Origin: Synechococcales cyanobacterium VAR_4_metabat_354 | GTDB taxonomy: Bacteria > Cyanobacteriota > Cyanobacteriia > Cyanobacteriales > Chamaesiphonaceae | DNA length: 49,879 nt | Assembly: GCA_031414775.1 (NCBI GenBank) | Contig: JANOQI010000012.1 | Coordinates: 1 to 49,879 of the forward strand | Reading direction: 5' to 3' | In this document: piece by piece, positions 1 to 11,705 of the stretch | Numbering within the stretch: the stretch's first letter is position 1 | Layout of the letters: the number at the start of each line of letters is the position of its first letter | Position numbers and translations under genes: made by a program | Notes under the pieces: generated by a model | The model's database searches: none | What the model was told of the DNA's origin: nothing | Seen by the model: only the letters and a program-made list of their open reading frames with translations

Positions 1-1
1 T

Positions 2-235
2 AAGCGCAATTGCAATACCTCTCGTATGGGTAGTTGTTTTGAGCGTCTAGAGGCACCCTTGACAGTCGCCTTTAATAGCGGTGATGGCTATCGAGCTGGA
101 GTTATTAAGAATCTCTGTGGCTTTAGCCCTGAGAGTGTCAAAATTCCAATTTCAAAAAGTACAAGGGAGCCAGGCTGCCGAAGTGAGCATATCACGGAGA
201 AAAAAGGAACTAAGCTAATGGAGAACCAACTTTAG
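2..235 (+). CDS. 3' end of an unidentified protein (frame open from the window edge)
   Basis: Frame +2 has no stop from position 2 to TAG at 235 and is followed by a convergent hairpin at 340-371; no recognisable motif. Confidence 0.35.
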   Translation, partial: KRNCNTSRMGSCFERLEAPLTVAFNSGDGYRAGVIKNLCGFSPESVKIPISKSTREPGCRSEHITEKKGTKLMENQL

Positions 236-339
236 TGAATAATTAAGGGCGATTATGAAATTCTATGGGCTTTGAATACCTGCTTGCACAATTACAATTG
301 TCCCGATCGATCACCCACACTAGTATTGCAAATATCGAG

Positions 340-371
340 AGTTGTTGCTAGAAATGATTCGAGCAACAACT
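340..371. terminator. Hairpin between convergent genes, likely terminator
   Basis: AGTTGTTGCT-N12-AGCAACAACT, a perfect 10-bp stem just past the decarboxylase stop. Confidence 0.55.
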
Positions 372-389
372 GGCGAAACTGCTACTGAA

Positions 390-1835
390 CTATCGATCGA
401 CTACTCTTAAGCTCTCTAACTCAGGATCGGCATTGCCAACTATCTCTCCACCACTACTCAAAATATTTTGTAGATAATCGATCGCTTCCCTCGTTACCAA
501 TTCCCCCGGTACTAGCATCGGAATTCCGGGGGGATAGGGACAAATCAATTCAGCGCAGATTCGACCAACAGCAGTATCGATCGGCACTGTCACCTGTCGC
601 GCAAAAAACGCCTCGCGGGGAGTCAAAATGGGCGTGCTCAAAACCGCAATTTGCTCACATACTGGTAGATTCAATCGTGTCGCACGGCGATGATGCTTGG
701 CTAGGTTCTGGAATCCAGCAACTAGCATCTCAATGTCCCATTCCTGATTACCAATACTAATAATGAAAGTGAGATGGCGCAAAACTGGCATTTCAGCTAC
801 CACTTGATATTGCTGGCACAATATTTCATCCGCCTGATAACCAGTCAAATTGAAGTCCGTTACCGTCACGGTCAAACGAGTAGGGTCGAAGTAACGACAG
901 CCAGCACTCGGCTGCGAAAAATCGAGGGGAAAGAGGTCTGGAATATTACTTAACTCTGATCGAGCTTTATCAGCTAAGGCCAGAGTTCGATCGAGTAATT
1001 CCTTGCCGTGGGTGGCCATCTGCGCCGTGGCACTGTCTAACGAAGCCATTAATAAATAATTCGGACTACTAGACTGCACCAATTGCAAAGAACGATTTAG
1101 TCGATCGAGATCAATGCGATCGCCTTTGACATGCAACATCGCGGCTTGGGTCATCGCCCCTAAGAGTTTGTGGGTAGACTGCACCACCAAATCTGCGCCC
1201 AAAGATAGTGCGGATGGGGGCAGATCGGGATGAAAACCAAAATGAGCACCGTGAGCCTCATCTACTAACAACGGAATCTGAAACTGATGCACAACTGCGG
1301 CAATACCCGCAATATCACCGCTGACTCCATAGTAAGTTGGTGACACAATCAACACCGCACTAATTGCCGGATGAAGTTGCAAAGCTAGTTCAACAGTCTG
1401 GGGCGTAACACTATGAGCAATATCCAGCGCTGGGATATACTCCGGCTGCATGTAGATCGGCACTGCTCCACTATGAATCAAGCCCGCAATCACCGACTTG
1501 TGAATATTACGGGGCAGTAGAATTCGATCGCCAGGGCCACAAGTAGCTAGAATTCCGGCGATCACGCCAGCAGTGGAACCGTTTACTAAAAAATGGGTGT
1601 GGTCAGCACCGAAGGTTTGCGCTGCTAAGTTTTGAGCGGCGGCGATCGGACCACTGGGATTGGCTAAATTATCTAATCCGGGCAATTCGGCCAAATCACC
1701 CTTGAGACCGCCAGTCTGCCATAGTTCTTGAAACTCTACACCCATGCCACGCCCATGTTTATGGCCAGGAGTATAAAAAGGTGCATGATTGTGGGCGATC
1801 CAGCTTTGCAGAGCTTGAATGAGCGGAGTAGGCAT
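390..1835 (-). CDS. PLP-dependent Orn/Lys/Arg decarboxylase (aminotransferase class I/II fold)
   Basis: Motifs FYTPGHKHG, LVNGST, PRNIHKS, LVDEAHGAH, QSTHK (PLP lysine), SSSPNY and C-terminal PYPPGIP. Confidence 0.92.
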   Translation of the reverse strand: MPTPLIQALQSWIAHNHAPFYTPGHKHGRGMGVEFQELWQTGGLKGDLAELPGLDNLANPSGPIAAAQNLAAQTFGADHTHFLVNGSTAGVIAGILATCGPGDRILLPRNIHKSVIAGLIHSGAVPIYMQPEYIPALDIAHSVTPQTVELALQLHPAISAVLIVSPTYYGVSGDIAGIAAVVHQFQIPLLVDEAHGAHFGFHPDLPPSALSLGADLVVQSTHKLLGAMTQAAMLHVKGDRIDLDRLNRSLQLVQSSSPNYLLMASLDSATAQMATHGKELLDRTLALADKARSELSNIPDLFPLDFSQPSAGCRYFDPTRLTVTVTDFNLTGYQADEILCQQYQVVAEMPVLRHLTFIISIGNQEWDIEMLVAGFQNLAKHHRRATRLNLPVCEQIAVLSTPILTPREAFFARQVTVPIDTAVGRICAELICPYPPGIPMLVPGELVTREAIDYLQNILSSGGEIVGNADPELESLRVVDR

Positions 1836-1909
1836 AAATTTAGAGTAGGCAGAGGCGGCGAAGAAATCGTATCGTGATCACGAAAAATTTATAGATTCCA
1901 ATAAAGTTA

Positions 1910-1938
1910 ATCCCTCAACCTTTATAAAGTTGAGGGAT
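1910..1938 (-). terminator. Hairpin downstream of nrdJ
   Basis: ATCCCTCAAC-N9-GTTGAGGGAT perfect stem 14 nt past the nrdJ stop. Confidence 0.6.
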
Positions 1939-1952
1939 GGTATTAACTAAAA

Positions 1953-4241
1953 TTATTTAGTCTCGGGCAGTAAACATTTGTCGGAGTCACAACCCGCTGG
2001 ACCGGCTTCATCGATCGCACCCAAATCGTATTGGCTCAGTGCTTCGGCAAAGTCAGCAGTCTTGCGCCGATCTATCACTTCATTCATTAATTGATTGTAA
2101 GTGGCCCAGTCGATCGGCTCAAAGGGCAAGCGTGGGAAAGTTTGCAGGTCATCAAACCGCGCCAGCAACGCCGCTGAGATATAGCCCTCATCATCTCGAA
2201 TCGCTTCAAAGATTTTGGTACCTAGGGCATTAATTTCTCCTTCGCGCAGTTCGATCGTGGCGCTAGTATTGTGACGCACATAGTGTTTTTGTACTTGCAT
2301 ACAAAAATCTAGTTGAGCCAAGGCACTGAATTTGCTGATATCGATCGTATCCGCACCAGGGATATCTGCCCAAGATACTGCTACTGGAATCTCAATCAGC
2401 CACTCGGTACAGCGTGGATCAAATGGATCACCCAGTAAATTACCGTTTTCGTCCTTATCAGATTGAGACGGAATTGCATTGTAGCCATAGTCCATGCAGG
2501 CCAGAGCTACAGGGTCATCCTTCCGAAAAGTGATCCGGCGAATAAAGCGCTGGGCTTTGGGGGGATGCCAACCAGGCGAAGCGCCAGTTAACAGCGACTT
2601 AGTTCCACTGGGCTGCACGGTGGTACAACGGTTAGGGCGTTTGATACCATGCTTATCGCAATATTCCCACACCGCTTGATGTACAATTTCTGACCAGCGG
2701 ATTAGGTATTCCTGTTCTTTGGCTTTGAATCTTTGACCTTGCTCGGTTTCTAACCGACCCTCTGCCCACCATTCCAGCCATTCGGCACCAAAAGCATGGA
2801 CAAAAAAGTCAAACAGACCAGTAAAGGAAACCCCAACGATCGGATCTTGCAAACGGCTGTATTGATAGCGCGGTTCAGCAAATTGATGATTCAGTAAGGC
2901 TGCTACGGATAGCGCCCCGGCTTTAAAAGCATCAGCTTGTTCTTCTAGGTTGTGAGGATCAAGTTGATTTAAATGAACTTCAGAAAGATTGCAATGAAAA
3001 TCTGCTCCGATGATTTCTCCGCAAGGATTCAAACCTACTCTGGATAGACGATGCAGCAGTTCTTCTTCATCTAAATTCGGATGATTTTCTTGCAGCCAAG
3101 ATTTAGCTTTTCCCTCTCCATAAGCCTGCAAAAATTTAGTTTTGAGTTCTGGAGTAGCAAGCAAATCAGCATTAGACCGAGCTACCGCTTCCCCTGCCCA
3201 TTGAATCGCTCCTTCACCGGAATAGTATTGCTTCCGAACCGCCTCAATACATTCTTCCACCGTCGGCTTTCGGTGGAATACTCGGGTATGGTTGGCCATC
3301 CGCAGCGCATCGCGTTCGGGGTCAATTCGCCAGTTGCCATGCTCATCTTGCTGCCAGAGATTATCTTTGGCTGTCGCCCCTAACTGGTCGCTAGAATCGA
3401 ATTGACGCATACCAGCACTACGTCTAATATTTCCTGCTACGATAGTAACAGCTGCGGCATCAATTAGTAAACAGCATTCCACCGAATTCAACTGCCGACC
3501 ATGAGCTTTATTCAGAATGTTGACACAACGTTCATAAAGTTCGGGTAGCTTCACTGGGTTGGCCACACCGCCAAAACCTTTGAGTTGCTCGCCAGCTGGC
3601 CGCACATCAGATAAGTCAACAGCAATACTGACTTCGCTAGTAAATTGTGGATCGTTGCTGAGTTCTAGAACAGATTGGTAAGATTTCACCCACCCTTGAC
3701 GACTATCCCCAACTCGAATGGTGGCTTGATTGCCAACTATTTCCACTATTGTTTCTTGCCGCCGATCGCTAGCTGCGGTGGTACCAATCTCGCTGACGAT
3801 CGATATATTTAACAGATTGCGGATCGCGGGTAATTGTTCAATCAGATGTGGTTCCAAGACTGCGCCCGTGCCGCAGCCCATCATCGCTAAATCCATCATT
3901 AAGCCAAAGGCTGACCAGTCGATCGCATTAGTACTGGTACAGTTATAGGCTCCCGAAAAGTTGGCGGGGTTTTCTAGCCATTCGCTGCCACCGACCCACA
4001 GCCACCGTCCGGATGGCATGGCTTTAGCCTGTCGCTGCATTCGATCGATCACATCAGCTTCATCAGCATCTAGTTTGCCCAATTTGATTAAGCCCCGCAA
4101 GGTACGGGTACAAACCTGTTGCCAACTTTCTCTCCCAGTGCCAGTAAAGCGGCTGTAGGTACGGAAGAAAACGGGGTAGGCCGCCGGGGCTGATGCGGGG
4201 AAATCCTGTTTGTGCTGAGTGCGGTCAAGCTCACTAACCAT
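1953..4241 (-). CDS. nrdJ: Adenosylcobalamin-dependent (class II) ribonucleoside-triphosphate reductase
   Basis: VFFRTYSR, PSGRWLW, YNC, NPCGEI (thiyl Cys), CNLSEV, TTVQPSGTKSLL and C-terminal CDSDKC; likely start MVSEL at 4241. No intein seen. Confidence 0.95.
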   Translation of the reverse strand: MVSELDRTQHKQDFPASAPAAYPVFFRTYSRFTGTGRESWQQVCTRTLRGLIKLGKLDADEADVIDRMQRQAKAMPSGRWLWVGGSEWLENPANFSGAYNCTSTNAIDWSAFGLMMDLAMMGCGTGAVLEPHLIEQLPAIRNLLNISIVSEIGTTAASDRRQETIVEIVGNQATIRVGDSRQGWVKSYQSVLELSNDPQFTSEVSIAVDLSDVRPAGEQLKGFGGVANPVKLPELYERCVNILNKAHGRQLNSVECCLLIDAAAVTIVAGNIRRSAGMRQFDSSDQLGATAKDNLWQQDEHGNWRIDPERDALRMANHTRVFHRKPTVEECIEAVRKQYYSGEGAIQWAGEAVARSNADLLATPELKTKFLQAYGEGKAKSWLQENHPNLDEEELLHRLSRVGLNPCGEIIGADFHCNLSEVHLNQLDPHNLEEQADAFKAGALSVAALLNHQFAEPRYQYSRLQDPIVGVSFTGLFDFFVHAFGAEWLEWWAEGRLETEQGQRFKAKEQEYLIRWSEIVHQAVWEYCDKHGIKRPNRCTTVQPSGTKSLLTGASPGWHPPKAQRFIRRITFRKDDPVALACMDYGYNAIPSQSDKDENGNLLGDPFDPRCTEWLIEIPVAVSWADIPGADTIDISKFSALAQLDFCMQVQKHYVRHNTSATIELREGEINALGTKIFEAIRDDEGYISAALLARFDDLQTFPRLPFEPIDWATYNQLMNEVIDRRKTADFAEALSQYDLGAIDEAGPAGCDSDKCLLPETK

Positions 4242-4388
4242 ATATGGATTTAATCTGTAGAGAATAATTAAGCCTAGAGCCATATAAGCTCAATGGCTTA
4301 GAGATCATAGAGCATGAATAAATGGTGATCAATAATGGTGATCAATGGTTAATTGTCAATGAGCAAATATTGTCAAAAACTGTTTTAT

Positions 4389-4433
4389 ACGCTACAGATA
4401 GTAGACATAGCTTATAAGTACCCCTAGATATGT
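4389..4433. promoter_or_regulatory. Candidate tandem NrdR boxes upstream of nrdJ
   Basis: acgCTAcAgaTAGtag (4389-4404) and a weaker cCTAgATaTgt 32 bp away resemble the NrdR consensus acaCwAtATaTwGtg; palindrome CCATATATGG (4238-4247) overlaps the nrdJ start. Confidence 0.4.
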
Positions 4434-5002
4434 CCTTGCCTCCTTGGCGATCGCCTCTTAGTCGTGCCCTCCATCGCAATCGGAGCTTACCTAATTCTCG
4501 CTATGTCCAGCTAGCTACTATTAACGCTCAGCAACGCCCCTGCAATCGTACTATCGTCTTTCGAGGATTTTGCGAGCCAAATAGTCAATTACAATTTGTC
4601 ACCGATGTTCGATCGAGCAAAGTTGCCCAAATCGCTCAAAATCCCTGGGCCGAAGCCTGTTGGTACTTTAGTAAAACCAGAGAGCAGTTTCGGATTACTG
4701 GTCAGTTACAACTCATCACCGAAAGTAGCCCGGATTTACAACCAGTCCGCCGACAAGCTTGGCATAACTTGTCTAACAGTGGTCGGGAGCAGTTTGCTTG
4801 GCCATTACCCGCCGCTCCCCGGGAGCAAGATGCGCAAGCTTTTGAAGTAGCTGCCCTAGATTCAGACCAGCCTTTGGCTAATTTCGGCCTGCTTTTATTA
4901 AATCCGATCGCTGTTGACCACCTAGAGCTGCGTGGTACTCCCCAAAATCGTTGGCAATATCTGTGGGAAGGCCAATGGTCAATGACTGCTGTCAACCCAT
5001 AA
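4430..5002 (+). CDS. Pyridoxamine 5'-phosphate oxidase-like FMN-binding protein (Npun_F5749 type)
   Basis: YVQLAT, PCNRTIVFRGF, TDVRSSK, WYFSKTREQFRI, VDHLEL; typical cyanobacterial PPOX-type flavoprotein. Confidence 0.85.
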   Translation: MSLPPWRSPLSRALHRNRSLPNSRYVQLATINAQQRPCNRTIVFRGFCEPNSQLQFVTDVRSSKVAQIAQNPWAEACWYFSKTREQFRITGQLQLITESSPDLQPVRRQAWHNLSNSGREQFAWPLPAAPREQDAQAFEVAALDSDQPLANFGLLLLNPIAVDHLELRGTPQNRWQYLWEGQWSMTAVNP

Positions 5003-5035
5003 TAAATGCCCACCTCGGTCAAGGTGAGCATTTAT
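5002..5035. terminator. Bidirectional intrinsic terminator
   Basis: ATAAATGC-c-CACCT/AGGTG-a-GCATTTAT stem between convergent genes. Confidence 0.65.
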
Positions 5036-5062
5036 GCAGTGATGGTGCCATCCAGCTCAGTT

Positions 5063-5632
5063 CTAATTATGGGACTGGTCAGCTAGTTGATCCAAAGCAT
5101 ATTTGGTAGCCAGCATCATTAACTTGGCCTGTTCCATTTCCGATAACTCTTGCCAGTCTACTGAGCGCACCAAATTGTTGACGTTCTCAGCAGCGAGATC
5201 GCAACGCATCGCATAACTGTAAGGGCGAGCCAATACTAGTAAGTCTGCTTCTTCCCAGCGGGGTAACAGCTCCTGTACACAGCTCACCAGCTGATTAGCA
5301 GCAATCGCTCTTTGGCTAGCAACTTGTTGTACGGTAACGGCGATTTTTTCCAGCCATTCCTGCGGAATTCGAGCAGTGAAATGCTGGCGTAACTGTCCAA
5401 CTAGATCGATCGAAGCATCTGGCCAACAGCTATGGAGTTGGGTAAAAAAAGCGGTAGCAGACTTCTGGACATCTATTTCTGACCAATCATCTAGATTGAA
5501 CTGCTCTTCTTGGCGTTGGTAATATTCTTCGGCTTCAGGATCAGCCGGATTCCAAGGATAGAGCTGATCTGGAGTGAGCAGATTGTATGTTAGTTCTGCT
5601 TCTGGTGATAATTGCGAAAAAGATTTAGACAT
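5063..5632 (-). CDS. Conserved cyanobacterial hypothetical protein
   Basis: 189-aa ORF with an AGG-containing RBS region, YPWNP motif and helical acidic composition; lies downstream of the CHAT-FHA gene. Confidence 0.75.
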   Translation of the reverse strand: MSKSFSQLSPEAELTYNLLTPDQLYPWNPADPEAEEYYQRQEEQFNLDDWSEIDVQKSATAFFTQLHSCWPDASIDLVGQLRQHFTARIPQEWLEKIAVTVQQVASQRAIAANQLVSCVQELLPRWEEADLLVLARPYSYAMRCDLAAENVNNLVRSVDWQELSEMEQAKLMMLATKYALDQLADQSHN

Positions 5633-5874
5633 AGCCTCGTTCCTTAGAAACTTAATTCCTTGCCAGCTAACCAGCAGATCCTGATGAAAGAAATCTCTAA
5701 AATTGGTTGCTGGTATTAACTACATGCGTGCTTCAGAAAATTCCGTAAACTTAGAAAAAATTTTTGGAACCCACCATCAATCAGCTGCGTCACCCGAATT
5801 CTGTGTATCATACCATCTACTTTCTGAGCAATAATGTATTACAAAGTAAAATTTGGATAATACTTTATGTCTGG

Positions 5875-7464
5875 TCATTTTTGAGTAGAAAACTCTAGAA
5901 TTTGACCTTGATCGCTGCCAAATTTTAAGTTCATCCCTGTTTCTAAGCGCAGTTCTTGATGATGAATTTTTTGCCAGCCTTGGCTGGTTTGCACTAATGT
6001 TCCAAAGCGCGAGAAATCTCGCAAAAAGTAACTAGATGCTTCGTCAGCGCTGCTATTACGATAGATAATTTCGGCATGTTTTTGAGAAACCGATGGTTCT
6101 GGAATAATTAAGTCATTTTCGATCGATCGACCGATTCGCATCAAACCACCTTGGATTGGAAAGTTTTGGGTGGCGGTCACTATAGAACGCAAGCAAGCTG
6201 GTGGTAAAGCATCGGGAAAAGAGGGCATTTCCGTAATTGCATCGGTTACTGGCTTGATTAGTTCCCCGTCAAACTCGGGATGCATATAAAGCACCGGCAG
6301 TGTCCAAGCGGGCTGATTGAACTGGTACAAGGTCAACAATTGCTTGCGGGCAGTAGCAACTGCTTTGTCGATCGGTAGACGTTGGGCTAAAGATTGAGTT
6401 AAAGCTTGGATGAAACTAATAGCTTCTTGATCGGCGATCGTATCCCGCATGGCCAGGATTGCTGGCACACCATGGTGTAGAAGTACTTCGGCCATGCTGC
6501 TGCGCGCCACCGACTGTTGCTGATATTGATAGGGCTGTGCTCCCCAACAAGAATTGAAAACGGCTAGCTTTACTTGGTTCCGTACCAGAATCTGGGCAAG
6601 TTCCGTGCCATTGAGCTTGGCCTCCGCACTCAGGGAGAGAATCCCGCCATCGGCTCCTGGGATGCCGTGGCCAGCATAAAAGAACAGATTGTAATTGCCA
6701 TGATCCAGCGCTGATACCAAAGAATTGAGGGTGGGCTGCACCAGCGTATCGACTTGACAGGCCGCTGGTGGCATTTGATCGGTAGGAATAAATCCACTGG
6801 GATAGGCATTGCGTAAAACTTGGGCAATAGCGGCGGCTTCTTCGGCTAGCGATAAGTTGTGTTGGTCAACTTCGTTACTACCTAGTACCAATAGAATCCG
6901 GATCGCCCGATCGTTTCGTTGAGGCGGCAGCCTGTCCACATCGCTAGTGGTGCGGCTAAAGAAAATTTCTTGGTTGAGAGAGACTGCCGGTTTGCCGGGC
7001 TGGGGCTGCATGATTTCCCAGGGAAAGGAGATCAAGTCTGGATCGCGGACTTCGATCCGCAACCGCAAGGGTCGCTTTTGACCGATCGCAATTCCTTGGC
7101 TGTGAGCCAAAGCGGTATCGATCGAACCATTAAACAGCCATTGCCACATGCTAATGCCCAAATGCTGCATCAACCGAGTACTGTAATTGGACGATTGAGT
7201 TATGCCCAGCAAAGGAGCCGGTGTCGAGACCTGGCTAGTCTGCACTGCCGGAAACCGGGGATATTGCACTTGGTTGGAGCTAGAACTAAACATTTCTTGC
7301 CAAGCGATCCAAGAACGCATTAGTTCATCATCCCAGTTACAGTCATGGTGAACATAACCACCTGGGTAAGGTGCTTTGATCACCCAGATTGCGTAGTTCT
7401 CCTGTTCGGCACTACGCAATCTGTCGATAGCTAAATTAAGGCAGGGATGCTCATCACGGGACAT
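5875..7464 (-). CDS. CHAT (caspase/HetF-like) domain protein with C-terminal FHA domain
   Basis: FPWEIM, YAGHG (His) and VFNSC (Cys) dyad; FHA motifs IGRS, VSQKHAEI, LRDFSRFGT. Likely start MSRDE at 7464. Confidence 0.88.
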   Translation of the reverse strand: MSRDEHPCLNLAIDRLRSAEQENYAIWVIKAPYPGGYVHHDCNWDDELMRSWIAWQEMFSSSSNQVQYPRFPAVQTSQVSTPAPLLGITQSSNYSTRLMQHLGISMWQWLFNGSIDTALAHSQGIAIGQKRPLRLRIEVRDPDLISFPWEIMQPQPGKPAVSLNQEIFFSRTTSDVDRLPPQRNDRAIRILLVLGSNEVDQHNLSLAEEAAAIAQVLRNAYPSGFIPTDQMPPAACQVDTLVQPTLNSLVSALDHGNYNLFFYAGHGIPGADGGILSLSAEAKLNGTELAQILVRNQVKLAVFNSCWGAQPYQYQQQSVARSSMAEVLLHHGVPAILAMRDTIADQEAISFIQALTQSLAQRLPIDKAVATARKQLLTLYQFNQPAWTLPVLYMHPEFDGELIKPVTDAITEMPSFPDALPPACLRSIVTATQNFPIQGGLMRIGRSIENDLIIPEPSVSQKHAEIIYRNSSADEASSYFLRDFSRFGTLVQTSQGWQKIHHQELRLETGMNLKFGSDQGQILEFSTQK

Positions 7465-7530
7465 TAATAACAGCCACAATTGTTTAACTTAATATATCTA
7501 TCCTATGACTAAATCAGCTGAAACACCTAG

Positions 7531-9258
<1,728 letters not shown>

Positions 9259-9263
9259 TTAAA

Positions 9264-9815
9264 CTAGGTTTGTTTAATCTCATCGAGTTTAGCCAAGACT
9301 TCTTTGCTATGGATGGCGGGATTGACACCAGTGAAAATGAATTTCAGTTCACCCTCCGGGGAAATTAGAAAGGTATGACGCATGGAAAAGACCCCGATCC
9401 AAGAGCCGTAGGCTTTGCTGACAGCGCCGCTAGTATCGGCCAGGAGCGGAAATTTGATCCCTTCAGAATCACAAAATTTGGCGTGGGTATCGATCGAATC
9501 GGCACTAACTCCAATAATTTGGGCATTACGCTGACTATATTCACTAATATCTTGCTGAAAACGACGCGCTTCGATCGTGCAACCAGAGGTGAAATCTTTA
9601 GGGTAAAAGTACAGTACTATCCACCGCCCGGAGTAATCAGTAAGCGAAACTTGACCATCTCCCGTATTGGTGGGCAGGGTAAATGCTGGCGCTGGTGCAT
9701 TGAGAGCTGGTAGCTTGCCACCTAACGCTAGGGCTGGTAAAGAAAAATTGAGCCAACTCCAAAAACTGAGACTGACTGCCAGGAGACTGGCAACAAAGCG
9801 ACGGCGAGACAACAT
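9264..9815 (-). CDS. bcp: Peroxiredoxin Q / BCP with N-terminal (Tat-like) signal peptide
   Basis: LYFYPKDFTSGCTIEA peroxidatic motif, GVSADS, FPLLAD; N-terminus SRRRFV plus hydrophobic stretch and ALA. Confidence 0.88.
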   Translation of the reverse strand: MLSRRRFVASLLAVSLSFWSWLNFSLPALALGGKLPALNAPAPAFTLPTNTGDGQVSLTDYSGRWIVLYFYPKDFTSGCTIEARRFQQDISEYSQRNAQIIGVSADSIDTHAKFCDSEGIKFPLLADTSGAVSKAYGSWIGVFSMRHTFLISPEGELKFIFTGVNPAIHSKEVLAKLDEIKQT

Positions 9816-10004
9816 GGCTGAATCAATTTAGTGAACTTTCGCTAAGTTAACACAAAAAATTGGCTGACTTCCGTACTAACGGGAAGCATTCTGTTTCCAA
9901 CAACGCACTAAATTTCTGATACAATTGGCTCAAATTGACCAGCAATGCCACAAGTAAAACCTAAAAAAATAGGTATGTGGCCTACTACAGTTACCCACTA
10001 GGCC

Positions 10005-11684
10005 ATGAGCTGCTGCCTTAATCCCACTTGTACGAAACCACAAAATCAGGCACAGAGCTTGGTTTGCTCTAATTGCGGTTCGCAGTTGCTCCTCAAGCAG
10101 CGTTATCGATCGCTAAAGCTATTAGATGTTGGTGGTATGAGTCGGGCGTTCCTGGCGATCGATGAAGACATTCCGGGTCGTCCAGTATGTGTGGTGAAGC
10201 AGTTTTTTCCATCGCCCCAGGTTGTTGATAATCCTAAGTCGTATGATAAGTCCCTAGAGCTGTTTCAGCGGGAAGCGATGCAGCTGGACAATCTCAGTCG
10301 GCAGTCGTCGCAAATCCCTAAGCTGTTGGCCTATCTAGAGCAAGACCAAAAATTTTACCTGGTTCAAGAATATATTGATGGTCAAAACTTATTTAAAGAT
10401 CTAGAGATCTATGGAGATTACAGCGAAGAGCATATTCGTCAACTTCTTCAGGAAATTTTACCAGTATTGCAGTTTGTGCATGACCAAAAGGTCATTCATC
10501 GTGATATCAAGCCAGAAAATATTATGCACCGCCAAAATGGCCAGCTGGTACTAATTGACTTTGGTATGTCTAAACAACTGACCGAGCAAGTAACTTCCCG
10601 GGGCACTACTGGTGGCACAATGGGCTACGCGCCGCCGGAGCAACTGCGGGCGGGGGTTGCCTATCCGGCGACCGATTTGTTTGCTTTGGGTGCAACCTGT
10701 GTGCATTTGTTGACCAATATCACCCCGGATAATCTCTATGATTTTCAACAGGATCGTTGGATTTGGCAAGATATCCTGGCAGAGGATCAGCGTAGCGTCA
10801 GTGTGAATTTGGCTGAAATCTTGAATAAAATGTTGCGATCGGACGTTAAAGATCGTTACCAATCTGCCCGCGAGATCCTCGTCGATTTAGCCGATCCTAT
10901 CTCTCCTTCACTACGTTCTGTTCGAGCCAAACAAGCCTGGCAGATGGCGATCGGATCACCAATTCTCATGTTGTTGATCGGGATGGCCATCTTTATTGAT
11001 CAAATTAAGTGTAACTTCGGGATCGAAACTTCTTTATGTCCGGTAGCTAAAGGACCGCAGCTAATTAACGGGGTATTATATTTTCCCTTTGAACCAGGTC
11101 TGGATAAAAACGGCAAGTCCGCCGAATTTAATATGGCAGTGCTGAGTCAAGAATATCGCTGGAAACCGGGTTCTTCGGATGCGGTGTATTTGGGTAATGC
11201 TGATCAAGCAATTCCTGTTCGGGATTTAAAAACAGTGATGGAAGCCAAGGGCATTGTCAAAATTATGGATAACCCCAACCAAATTATTGCGGTAGGGATG
11301 GCTTCTTGCGAAGGTCCCCAACTGTCTGAAGAACTGCGAGCATATGAGCGAGCCAAAACTGTCCAAACTGCTCTCGGTAAAACCATTTTTGCGGTCAACG
11401 ATTATCCACTACTCAATCTGGGTCAGTTTCGGCGGGATAGTTGTAGTCGGAATGCCAAGGATAATTCTTTTCAACGCACCATGATTTTAATGGGCATTCG
11501 CAAAGAATCGGCGGGGGTGCTTTTATCGGAAGCTCTACATGCTCGGTTGGCAAAAATCAGTAAAGACTTTAAGCTAGACGACTATTCTTTGGGCAGTAAA
11601 GAGAAATTTCAGCTGATTCCCGATAATACTCCTGTGGTCTCCCAGCCAGCCGTAACGCCTACTCCCCCACCTAAATCTAAATAA
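10005..11684 (+). CDS. Membrane Ser/Thr protein kinase with 4-Cys prefix and OmpA-like C-terminal domain
   Basis: CCLNPTC...CSNCG prefix, VVKQ, HRDIKPEN, IDFG, GYAPPEQ; TM helix ILMLLIGMAIFI; C-terminal VGMASCEG...RAYERAKTV. Confidence 0.9.
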   Translation: MSCCLNPTCTKPQNQAQSLVCSNCGSQLLLKQRYRSLKLLDVGGMSRAFLAIDEDIPGRPVCVVKQFFPSPQVVDNPKSYDKSLELFQREAMQLDNLSRQSSQIPKLLAYLEQDQKFYLVQEYIDGQNLFKDLEIYGDYSEEHIRQLLQEILPVLQFVHDQKVIHRDIKPENIMHRQNGQLVLIDFGMSKQLTEQVTSRGTTGGTMGYAPPEQLRAGVAYPATDLFALGATCVHLLTNITPDNLYDFQQDRWIWQDILAEDQRSVSVNLAEILNKMLRSDVKDRYQSAREILVDLADPISPSLRSVRAKQAWQMAIGSPILMLLIGMAIFIDQIKCNFGIETSLCPVAKGPQLINGVLYFPFEPGLDKNGKSAEFNMAVLSQEYRWKPGSSDAVYLGNADQAIPVRDLKTVMEAKGIVKIMDNPNQIIAVGMASCEGPQLSEELRAYERAKTVQTALGKTIFAVNDYPLLNLGQFRRDSCSRNAKDNSFQRTMILMGIRKESAGVLLSEALHARLAKISKDFKLDDYSLGSKEKFQLIPDNTPVVSQPAVTPTPPPKSK

Positions 11685-11705
11685 TTCGTTTCGTAACTTA
11701 AACCT

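Noticed and set aside
4242..4429. Cobalamin riboswitch upstream of B12-dependent nrdJ
   Set aside because: No GGGAA / GCCACTG / AGCCAG B12-box elements; the region is short and AT-rich.
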